In this document: in pieces, positions 9,549-19,685 of the stretch
Position numbering within the stretch: position 1 is the first letter of the stretch
How the letters are laid out: the number at the start of each line of letters is the position of its first letter
Assembly: GCA_002633005.1 (NCBI GenBank)
Contig: NMRA01000194.1
Span: 144,458 to 208,457 of the forward strand
Origin: Phoronis australis
Taxonomy: Eukaryota > Animalia > Phoronida
DNA length: 64,000 nucleotides
Direction of reading: 5' to 3'
The notes under the pieces: generated by a model
What the model was told of the DNA's origin: nothing
The model's database searches: none
Seen by the model: the letters and a program-made list of their open reading frames with translations, nothing else
Made by a program: the position numbers and the translations under genes

Positions 9549-11600
9549 ATGTTTCGATGTACCGATGTGAGATTAAAGACCAATCCGGACTTACCTTGCA
9601 TTACGGACGTCCCAAGTGAGCGGGAGGACTCTACGCAGCCACCGCCTCAACCAAGGGAGGAAGACCAATCCCCGGTGCAAGAGGTGTCCGCTATAGCAGC
9701 AAATACGGGGGAATCAGACATCGACGAGTCCGTCTTAGACGACGACCCGATCGTAATGGTCTCACCCCCACGGCCTATTGGTGTAAATGTGCCCCTGTCA
9801 ACCCCCGCAGATTTTCTGACCAGTCCCTCGTCCCTTATGATGGTAGATTCTGCGGTAGTGTCAACAGGTTCCGCAACTACGCCGCTGGCTTCGCTTGGAG
9901 AGTGTATTTGGGCCCTTCTCGAATACTCCCACGGAGTGCAGATGGTAGAAGCCTTATTACAACCCACTGATCAGTATCAGTGTCCCCTGTGTCCCATTAC
10001 CGTTCCTCTCGGTGAAGATGAACTGTTGTGTAAACATATTTTCACGTGTCATCTGCCACCCTTGTTTTCAACTAACCAGGCTGATATGGTTGCCAGCCCT
10101 CAGCTTCATCGAGAGCGATACGATTCTTTGGCCTATCTTTTTTCGTTGTTGGAGGGACGTAGCATGAAAGACTCTCTAGATCTTGTGGACAGGTGTAACC
10201 TGGTATGCCGGGGCTTGAGCCAGTTGCCACGGGTACTCCCCCTTGATCAGATGGCGATGTCGGTCATGTCTACCACATTTGGCTGGGACAGAGTTCCGAG
10301 TTTCACTTTAACACCTAGACTCAACTCGCCAGCCGCCTGCTTCCACTGGTATGTGATCACTCTTCTGCTCCAAAAATTACCAGAGAGTGACCGTGCCCGA
10401 TGGTTTGTGAGTGCACATAATGTGAGGCTCCCTCAGTCTTTCTTGGACTCCTCGTCCGGAGAGGTCGGGCCATCGTCCTTTATAACCCCCAGGCCTCAGA
10501 CCTCTACTTTAGCCCCTTCACCCCCCCAAAAGACCTCGGACTTATGCCCAGGTTGCCTCCTGCCCTGAGGCTCAATCTGTACCGCTCCCTCCTGTACCAT
10601 CCAAGTCCCCAGTGGAGCGTAAACAGGATCGTTCAAAGCGGTCGGCGCCGGCAACCACCTCCTCGGTGAAACGATCTGCTAAACTGTCATCTTTGTACGG
10701 TCCACAGTCGACCGCCAACCTGCAGCCTGCTGCATCAGCCCCAAAGCCAGAGGCAGTCGATTCGCATTTCCACCTAGATCGGCTGACCTTTGCTTGCCAA
10801 CGGTTTTCCCCCGAATTGGCCGGCCGGCTGCTTACCATTCCTGAGATCACTAATATGACGGCCATGCTCCCTTGCCCCTCAAAAAATCCAGTCCATTTAA
10901 CAGGGGGCATAGCGGTATTTTGTGATCCGATTCACTATAAGTTTGTGGAGAAATCCACTGAGGCGTTCCCTTCAGGCTGGAAGGCTGCAATGGGCATCCA
11001 TCCGAAAAACGCCAAGTCGTACAATCCGGTCATGGAGAAGAAGATTTTCAGGCTCCTTCGGTTGCCCAACGTTGTTGCGCTAGGTGAGTTGGGATTGGAA
11101 GAAGGCCACGGTAGCGCTGAAGTACAGCAGCGAGTGGTCGTGTCGCTGGTGCGCCGTCTTGCACGCTTCCAGACGGTTCACGGCACTCGTGTGCTTGTAT
11201 TGCACCTTCGCGCCCGGGAGTCTACTTCACCCTTTCACTCTGGTACATGAGACGGTTGCTGAGTGACGTTCTGCCCAGAGCCCAACCAATACACCTCCAT
11301 TGTTTTTCCAGTAATCCCCAGGAGGTGCGATCATGGATGAAGGCTTTCCCAAATGCCTATTTTGGCTTTGCTGCCACTGCTCGCCACTTTTCCTCCCCCC
11401 GATCTAAAGCTTTGGCAGCCGTGCCCCTTAATCGGCTTCTTTTGGAGACCGACTCCCCCCATTTAGCGACGTCCTCTCTACCTATGGCCCCATATTTCAT
11501 TGGGGAAGTGGCCTGGAAAATAGCACGCCTGCGTCACTGTAATGCTGACTATTTGTTGGAGCACTCGGCCAAGAACGCACGTGTTTTATACCGATTGTAA
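9549..11600 (+). pseudogene. ORF3 of the retrotransposon: acidic/Pro-rich N-terminus, C2H2-like finger, C-terminal TatD-family (TATDN2-like) nuclease; two frameshifts
   Basis: Three ORF pieces join through frameshifts at the C-run ~10520-10527 and at ~11218, giving about 680 aa. TatD motifs: DSHFHL, FCDP, GIHP, ALGELGL, LHLR, IHLHCFS, FPN, LLETDSP, NARVLY. Also YQCPLC..KHIFTCH. Confidence 0.88.
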
Positions 11601-11924
11601 GTCCGGAGACGGTCTCTAGTGAGTATTTTTACCACTAGGTGTCTGCTCTCCCGTCCGGGGGGGTGGGTGCTTCCCCGTAAGGGTTACTATTTATTATTTA
11701 TTTCATGTGTTCAAGGGTGCTGGCTCTTTGAACTTCTGTATTATTTAATGGTACTTCTGTTCTTAACCCATGTGTATTATGCTCTCATTCTAGGGGAACT
11801 GTCCTTGTGCTACTAACATACTGAAGTTTCTTCTTTTTGGAGGGGGGAGAAGGTTCAAAATTTTTCGGGCATTTTTGGATAAATTGGCAATGATGTTGTT
11901 TCCCGGGTGGGTCCCACGCTTTTT

Positions 11925-11938
11925 AGGGAGGAGGGGAA
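11925..11938 (+). other. Polypurine tract
   Basis: AGGGAGGAGGGGAA immediately before the TG of the 3' LTR. Confidence 0.9.
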
Positions 11939-12182
11939 TGTTGTAATCGGCAACATCATTGGCCCTTTGTTTTTCCTGTGGCGTTTTGTGATTGGTCTGT
12001 TTTTGTGCGTTCCCCGTATGTCCCCTATATAAGTCGTTGGCGCCACTGTCGGATGGGTTTTTTTCAAGAACCGGCAAGACGAGTCAGCTGTGGTTGCTCC
12101 GCTTGGCGTCAACTGACTGACTTATATCTTCATAAAAATAAGTCCTCTTGTGCCTAACTAGTGAACCTGTAGGAATACAACA
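11939..12182 (+). repeat. 3' LTR (244 bp)
   Basis: TGTTGTA...TACAACA perfect terminal inverted repeat; TATATAA box near 12026; followed by TSD TGGC. Confidence 0.97.
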
Positions 12183-12839
12183 TGGCCAAACGATTTTAGA
12201 ACGCTCTCTGGCACTAACCTGACTTCCAAAACTTCTGAAATGTCTTCTTGCTGGCTCTGCTCGTAGTAATAACAACTTCATTGTCGCGGGCTAGCCAACA
12301 CACGACTTTTTCTTCGAAGTTGATTGTCGGTTATAAAATTCAAACAGTTGACTTCCGGTGGAAACTGCCTTACGAATACAACTCAACACAAAGGAAACTT
12401 GCACAATAACTACGTTTTTTAAAGAATTGCATGAGTTCTATCAATTACATTGTACTGACCAGGTCAGTGTCTCAGGGGATTAACATTGGGTGCATTCTTA
12501 CTGCTGTTGGTCACCGGATGTTCGTCTACATTTAAATTCACAAAGATGTGCGATAGTGATTTCGTAATTGCACTAAATCAGTACTTACCAGGTTAAACGT
12601 TCGTCGTTTTATTCTTTGTATCTAATAAATGTTAAGGAAACATTCGGGCAACATTTTTATGAGATGATGGGTTTTGCATGAGCAAACAATAATTTTTGTT
12701 GGAAAATAATGGAAAAATTTCGAACCAAAAGTTAAATATCTCGCAATATTCAAATTTTAAAAAACTTGAAAACGTAAATTTTCATCACCTAGAAGCCTTA
12801 GATTCAAGTTTTCCACACATGAAAAAAATCCAGTTTTCT

Positions 12840-13300
12840 GAAAAACTTAAGAAGTCAGGAAAACTTAAGTTTCTGTAATTGGAAAAACTAAAGTTTGCGA
12901 AAAACTTAAGAAGTCAGGAAAACTTAAGTTTTCAAAATTACAAAAACTTAAGTTTTATAATAAACTTAAGTTATCAGAAAAACTTAAGTCTTGTTAGTAC
13001 AAAAAACTTAAGTTTTCATGAAAACTTAAATTATTACTTGAAACTTAAGTTTATTTGTGAAAACTTAAGTTTTACATCTGAAAAAACTTAAGTTTTCTGA
13101 AAAAACTTAAGTTCTCTGAAAACTTAACATTGTGCTGAAAAACTTAAGTTTTTGGCGAAAAACTTAGCTTTTAAAAACTTAAGTTTCTTTTAAAAACTTA
13201 AGTTTTTCGGAAGAACTTAAGTTTTTCCTCTAAAACTTAAGTTATTTTCCAAAATCTTCAGTTTTTTCGCCAAAACGTTTTCAGCTAAAAACTTAAGCTC
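12840..13300. repeat. Array of palindromic AAAACTTAAGTTTT units
   Basis: About 20 or more copies of the palindrome at roughly 19-20 bp period, with short variable linkers. Confidence 0.9.
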
Positions 13301-15364
13301 ATTTTTGTAAGGGTTCTCGGATTGTTTGAATGAAATTGTATCAAATGTGCCAGCTCGGATTTATAGATGTGTCCCTCAGTGCTTTCCATTGTGTTTGAAC
13401 AAGAATAGTTTATTGGTATAGTCAAAAATGTAACCCGTACAGTTTCAACTCCAGTCCAAAGAGCTTTCAGGATCAGGTTACAAGTTTTGTTATTGTTAAA
13501 GTGTTCTCTCAATCTTTTGTTGGCGCTCACAGGTCATAAACCCATTACAGTAAACACACAACAAAAACAATGGCATCGTATTTAGCTAATATTTATCATA
13601 TTTCCTCGGGAACAAACGGCAAAAAATTTCACGGAAAATTCAATTTCGAAAGCCAATTTGACAGAAAAAATACCCGTTTTAGTACACGATGTTTTGGTTT
13701 ATTTCAGTCAGTGTTTTATTGCCTTGGAGTCATCGCTAAATGGTCCTGCTCCATACAAAAGAAACAAGGCCACAGTTTCTGATGTCGACGGGTTCTGTCG
13801 ACCACCTTAGTTAAAGACATCGTTGTGGAAAGTTATAAAAGCACGCATTTGTTTGCGGCAGGTTGGCAGATTTTGGAAGTGCAACAGCAAATATCGCATT
13901 TGAGAATAAGTTTTAAAAAGTGGCAGCATAGTAACGTGTTTTACACAACATAAACCTGAGTGCAATATCATTGTTCCTATGATGTCAAACCTATCTGAAA
14001 CAGTGGTGATAACTTAGATCAAACCGTGACGCATATACCTAAAAATGGGAGGCCTAACTGGGAAAATAGAAATATTTTGGTACTCTGAAAGGGCATGATC
14101 AAACCGGGTCTAGGTGGATAGTCCAAAAAGCTGTCTGTCGGCCTTTCGGACTACACAAATATGCACTTTCTATTTCTATTATCTTTTGAGCTAAAATTTC
14201 AATTAAAATTGTTATTTGGTCAATGTTCATTAGTTCGAGGCACATATAAATAAGGACAAATATTGGACATTCCACTCTTAATGGACGTGAGTCACGTCTC
14301 TCATGAAGCGCCATTTTTGTGTTGCAGCTCGCTATCAACAACACGCGTCGTTGTAGGCAGATAATGGAATTTGGTATACTAATCCTTTTGATACATTGCG
14401 TAAAAAGCGGATATTAAACATCGCTGACTTCGACGTTGGCCGCTTGTGTTACATAAAATCCACTTTCAAGGAAACCTAGTTCAAATCATTCAGTTGAATC
14501 ACAGTGTTTTTTTAATTTTATTGGGGTCCGTTCCACACAAAATTGCGTGTTTTGTATGTCCGTTACCAACTATTCTAATGACCCGGTGACCGCAGCCATA
14601 GCCGACAAGGTAGAGACAAAAATGATTACACGGTGGGTCTCTTCACGTGTAGATGTAAGTCAAAAGTAAAAAAAAATAGTTCTTTGCGGCAAACTACAGA
14701 AGGATATAGTTATATTTACAAACAATACCGTAGTTGCCGACAGTTCAGAAATATTCCACATTTGAAGTTGGGACACCTCTAAACAAGATTTTAAATTCAA
14801 CCTCCTCGCTTCCTGAAAATAGGCCTACTCTGCATTCACAGCTATCAAAACGTTTCTCACGATACCGTTAAGGCTGAACAGCACTCGCTGTCATCTATGG
14901 GAAGCCCGGTGAAAACATTGAACCATTAATGAGATGATTTTAAAATCGTTGAGGACCATCGATGACGTATTAGCACTTTGCTAAACATGTATTGTGTATA
15001 TTGCATTAAATTCAAAAATGTCAATAAAAATAATAATAATAATAATAGTGATAACGTTAGGGGTAATAGTAGTAATAGCAGTAATGGTAGTAATACTAAT
15101 AAAAATGATATTGGTTAGCCAAATTCATGCCGTGTCAGCCCGGAGAGAATTCCTGTAGAAGGGGTATACAAATAGTGCCACCCAAAAAGGTGTTTTTTTT
15201 CACAGCAAAAAATCTCCAAAATGGTGCCATTTTCGACAAAATACTACTAAAGGCGCCTTTTCTGTTTTTCTGAAACAGAACTGCGTGAAAATTAGAATTT
15301 TTACAAAAAATTAGTCTCTGAATGTGTCACTTTTTGTCCGAGCACGCTCCTTAAGCGGGTAAGT

Positions 15365-16182
15365 NNNNNNNNNNNNNNNNNNNNNNNNNNNNNNNNNNNN
15401 NNNNNNNNNNNNNNNNNNNNNNNNNNNNNNNNNNNNNNNNNNNNNNNNNNNNNNNNNNNNNNNNNNNNNNNNNNNNNNNNNNNNNNNNNNNNNNNNNNNN
15501 NNNNNNNNNNNNNNNNNNNNNNNNNNNNNNNNNNNNNNNNNNNNNNNNNNNNNNNNNNNNNNNNNNNNNNNNNNNNNNNNNNNNNNNNNNNNNNNNNNNN
15601 NNNNNNNNNNNNNNNNNNNNNNNNNNNNNNNNNNNNNNNNNNNNNNNNNNNNNNNNNNNNNNNNNNNNNNNNNNNNNNNNNNNNNNNNNNNNNNNNNNNN
15701 NNNNNNNNNNNNNNNNNNNNNNNNNNNNNNNNNNNNNNNNNNNNNNNNNNNNNNNNNNNNNNNNNNNNNNNNNNNNNNNNNNNNNNNNNNNNNNNNNNNN
15801 NNNNNNNNNNNNNNNNNNNNNNNNNNNNNNNNNNNNNNNNNNNNNNNNNNNNNNNNNNNNNNNNNNNNNNNNNNNNNNNNNNNNNNNNNNNNNNNNNNNN
15901 NNNNNNNNNNNNNNNNNNNNNNNNNNNNNNNNNNNNNNNNNNNNNNNNNNNNNNNNNNNNNNNNNNNNNNNNNNNNNNNNNNNNNNNNNNNNNNNNNNNN
16001 NNNNNNNNNNNNNNNNNNNNNNNNNNNNNNNNNNNNNNNNNNNNNNNNNNNNNNNNNNNNNNNNNNNNNNNNNNNNNNNNNNNNNNNNNNNNNNNNNNNN
16101 NNNNNNNNNNNNNNNNNNNNNNNNNNNNNNNNNNNNNNNNNNNNNNNNNNNNNNNNNNNNNNNNNNNNNNNNNNNNNNNNNN
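15365..16182. other. Assembly gap
   Basis: Run of N. Confidence 1.
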
Positions 16183-17075
16183 ATATGATCATATGTTGAC
16201 AACAGAGGACAACTTTCGGACGGATATGACTACTGGTGTGCCACCTAGTGGCAATTTTTTTGTATTACGTTTACCTCTGTATGTTGAAAGGTCCTCAACG
16301 TATTTTCATAAAATTTGGCATACAGGCATCTTTTAATGAGGTGATGCTATCTCTCCGTTTTCAGATGGATATTGGCCTAGTTTGCGCCACCTAGTGGCCA
16401 TTTTTACTGTTTTTGAGTCTGTTTTTGGCGTCCACTCGTCTATCAACCAAACCCATTTCAGGATAATTGTGAAAATTTGCATGTAAGGTTTTACTATGAA
16501 GTGGACGGCTGACAACGATTTTCCAATGAATTCAACTACTGTGGCGCCTCCTGATGGCAGTTTTTTTTTTGCAATCATGCCTGTATCTATTAAACTGTTT
16601 GCAGGATTTTCACTTAATTCAGCAAGTGTATTTATATGATGTTGACATATAGATGACGGCGACTTTCGGACGGATCTGACTACTGGTGTGTCCCCAAGTG
16701 GCAGTTTTAGTTTTTTACGTTTACCAGTCTGTATCTTCAAAAGTCCTGAACAGATTTTCATAAAATTTGGTATATAGGCACATATTAGTGAGGTGACCCT
16801 GTCCTCTCGTTTTCGGATGGTTTCAGCATAGTTTGGGCCACCTAGTGGCCATTTTTACTGTTTTTGAGTCTGTTTTTTGCGTGCACCCCTCTATCACGCA
16901 AACCGCTTAAAGGATGATTGTGAAAATTACTGTGAAGTGGAATGCTGACGATGATTTTCTGACGATTTCAACTACTGTGGCGCCTCCTAGTGACAGTTTT
17001 TTCTTTTTTTGCACCTAAGGCTGTATCTCCTAGACTGTTCAAAGGAACTTTACAAAATTTAGCAGGTGTATTTAG
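16183..17075. repeat. Tandem ~450-bp repeat (2 visible units, abutting the gap), probably the internal array of a Helitron/Helentron-like element
   Basis: ctttcggacggat.tgactactggtgtg recurs at ~16213 and ~16663; several GCCACCTAGTGGC motifs. The family assignment is inference. Confidence 0.7.
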
Positions 17076-17377
17076 CAAAAAAGTATGCACATGAGTAGGA
17101 ATTGGGAAATCTGGAGGGAGTGCTTATACCACTCACTCAAAAATTCCCAAGACTATGTTCAAATTCTGTGCAAGTGATTATTCTGTGTACAATTTAGATG
17201 AGATTGTCGCACGAAAAGACTGACTACCCAAACAAGTACCTTTTCACCCCCACTTAAGAAAGTCTTCCTTTAGCGACCCATTGTATGGGACAGTTTAGTG
17301 CAAATCAAATATACTTAAAAAAAAGCTATGCCGCAATATTTATAGTCATTGTATTGAAGAACCATTGAGATGTTTCC

Positions 17378-17523
17378 AGGTGCAGATCCAGGATTTTGAG
17401 TTAGGGGGGCCAGGGCACGGTATTAGCCAGGATTTTGCCCGTCAGACATTCGCACCCCCAAACAGTCAAATGGAATCTGGGAGAATTTTAGGGGGGCATG
17501 GCCCCCCTCTAAATCTGCCACTG
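17378..17523. mobile_element. Short MITE-like element of the (CAGT)GGCGGATCTAG-ended family
   Basis: Imperfect termini caggtgcagatccag...ctaaatctgccactg, related to the ends at 19685, 30918/31858 and 56581/56776. Confidence 0.55.
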
Positions 17524-18345
17524 GTTTCAATATAAGAACATAGTATGTCACTGGGCTTATCTATACAAATGGGACAGCCAAATACCACACACAAAAGCTT
17601 TTCACAATTTCCACTACTGGTACTATAAACACTCTGGCATTGCTATCTGTACCACTATCAAAAATTTGATTTAAAGCATTGGTTGTGACTGTTAAATATG
17701 TCACTGAAAGAAATTCCAGTGCTGTCCATTGACAAAGCACCAAGTCTGAATTTATCTGTGCCACGGCATCCTCCTTGGACACATCTGGAGCACCAGCAGT
17801 CGGCATTGGAGGGGCATCAATTTCTAAGCGAATTTCAAGATCTCCAGCTTCTATTTTGTTCCGCACTAAGTGGAAGTTGTTCTCCTTTCATTTACATACT
17901 CTGAAAAGCACAACAGCGGCAATTCAAAAGTAAAAAAAAAAACATTTTGAATCCAGAGTTGTCCATGATTAAAGTAAAACACAATGATATCTAATTGCAA
18001 GTTTTCGCCTTCTTTTATAACCTTCAAGCAAATGCCAAAACTAGATTTTAATCCTGTTTTTTGAAACAGACTACTTTAATAATCAAAACCTTGGAATTGA
18101 GTTACCATCCTGTTTTACTTTATTCATAGTCTGCATTCTTTTCAAAATACATGCATCTTTTGAGATCAGCTTTATTTGTTGTGGGTTTTAGTTTTACTGA
18201 TCCATTTATAACTAAATCTTTCACGGAAAAACAACAGATTTTAAACACTTGAGAACTACGGTGATTGTGAAAAAAGAATTTTATTGTTCAGGCCCTGCGA
18301 AAGCGTCATGAATTGTTAGACATCAAAATTCTCAAGATAACTTAC

Positions 18346-18591
18346 CTTTTTATAAGACCAGCTTCAACCTTCATGATGTGTTTGTCATCAAAGCAGCCGT
18401 CCTCAAAATGGTAGGAGCATATTTCGGCTCCGACAGTTGGCTAACTCGACAGTCATTTTTAAAAGACGAGCAGAGCACACGAAAACCTGCCATTACGCAG
18501 CCAGATGCTTGTCTTTTTAGAATTTAAATAGGCTCATGCCTTCCACATGGGTGGTGTTAAAATAGTTAGCACACACACACCGACGCACCAT
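18346..18591 (-). pseudogene. Degraded THAP-domain exon (DNA-transposon relic or pseudogene)
   Basis: MVRRCVCAN(Y)FNT..GMSLFKF*KD..LAA*W..FV..R then, after a frameshift, EICSYHFEDGCF: THAP C2CH signature with stops. Ends at an AG|GTAAG donor. Confidence 0.75.
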
Positions 18592-18859
18592 GGCTAAAAC
18601 ACGCCAAGGTGGAACGGTCTTTGTTCTTCGTGTACTGTGATATATTAGCAGTGAACTGCATTGTGGGATATGATCTGGTTTGTGTTCCCCAACACCATGT
18701 CACGGTGTCAAAGGTCAACTTTTCGCGCATTTTCTTATTTTCGCTTTTTTTAAACAACTAAAGATACAATAATACGATGATTTGAATAAAATACATCCAA
18801 ATAGCAATACCTTGAAGATATTATTGCAATATAACATACTTGGACCTTGCAAATTACAC

Positions 18860-19685
18860 TTTAAATGTGTGCAGTTTTAGTGTTGGGGCGGGGTTGGGGG
18901 GGGCTCAAATCCAATTTCAAGTGTCAAATTCGGAACAGGGCGCATTCGTAACGGAACTATGGCTAAGTATAGGCTCTCCCGCGATATTTCAGGCGACTGG
19001 CAGTGGAGCTGCGCACTGCGACTCCGTTTCCGTCGTCTGCTCCACTGTGCAATGAAGAAAATTTACTTCATTTTTTAAAGAAAATGGAACCTGAGTGACG
19101 ATGAAAAACAGAAGCTGCTGGTAAGATGTGTTTAATCGAAGCCTTAGTGAATCACTCAGAAACTCGCAATACCCTCTTTGTCAAACCTTACCTTAAGACG
19201 ATTTCCAAAGCAATCCCGTCATTATTGCAAACACGAAAAACGGATTTGGTCTTTTGGGCATTTGAAGACTATTTTAAATACGACAAATTTGTTAAGAATT
19301 GATGGCACAAAAAACATTACAAAAAGAAGTAGGTTTCGCGCGCAAACGCTGTGGACCATAAATAAGTAGGTCTCTTAGTTAAATCGTGGTGGTGTAGTGG
19401 TAACGCACGCGCTCTCTATCCGCCAGGTCGGGAGTTCGAGTCTCAGGTTCTTACGGTTTTTTGTTCGACACGTTCTCCGTTTTTTTTGCCTTTTTTGTCT
19501 TGGATAATACTTCAGGAATCAAGGAAAATGCTTAATTTTTAGAGGTAAAAACAAGGGGTTTGCCCCCTCCCGACCTCCCCCCACTTCGGTGTTATGCGCC
19601 TCTACAATCGTGGTTCAGTTTGTGCAAATGCTTACAGCCGGACACAATGTTGGGCCCCCCTTGTGATATCCTAGATCCGCCACTG
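18860..19685 (+). mobile_element. Non-autonomous element, copy 1 (homologous to 30918-31858)
   Basis: About 0.8 kb colinear similarity with 31006-31858, ending CCTAGATCCGCCACTG; contains a tRNA-like segment at 19386-19445. Confidence 0.8.

Larger units (their letters stand above)
2929..12182 (+). mobile_element. Full-length Ty3/Gypsy LTR retrotransposon: gag, pol (PR-RT-RH-IN-PHD) and an extra TatD nuclease ORF
   Basis: Two 244-bp LTRs (TG...CA), 4-bp TSD TGGC at 2925-2928 and 12183-12186, PBS, PPT, and Gypsy domain order PR-RT-RNaseH-IN. Confidence 0.97.

Noticed and set aside
9480-10568. ORF3 as an env gene
   Set aside because: No signal peptide or convincing transmembrane anchor; it continues by frameshift into TatD.
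10612-11600. TatD as a bacterial contaminant or an independent host gene
   Set aside because: It lies between pol and the PPT/3' LTR of an element with matched LTRs and TSD, has no introns, and is decayed like the rest of the element.
12840-13300. CRISPR-like appearance of regularly spaced palindromes
   Set aside because: Linkers are only about 5-6 bp, not unique 25-45 bp spacers; no cas genes; eukaryotic context.
15311-16202. Long ORFs of 293 and 283 aa in the track
   Set aside because: Artefacts of the N gap.
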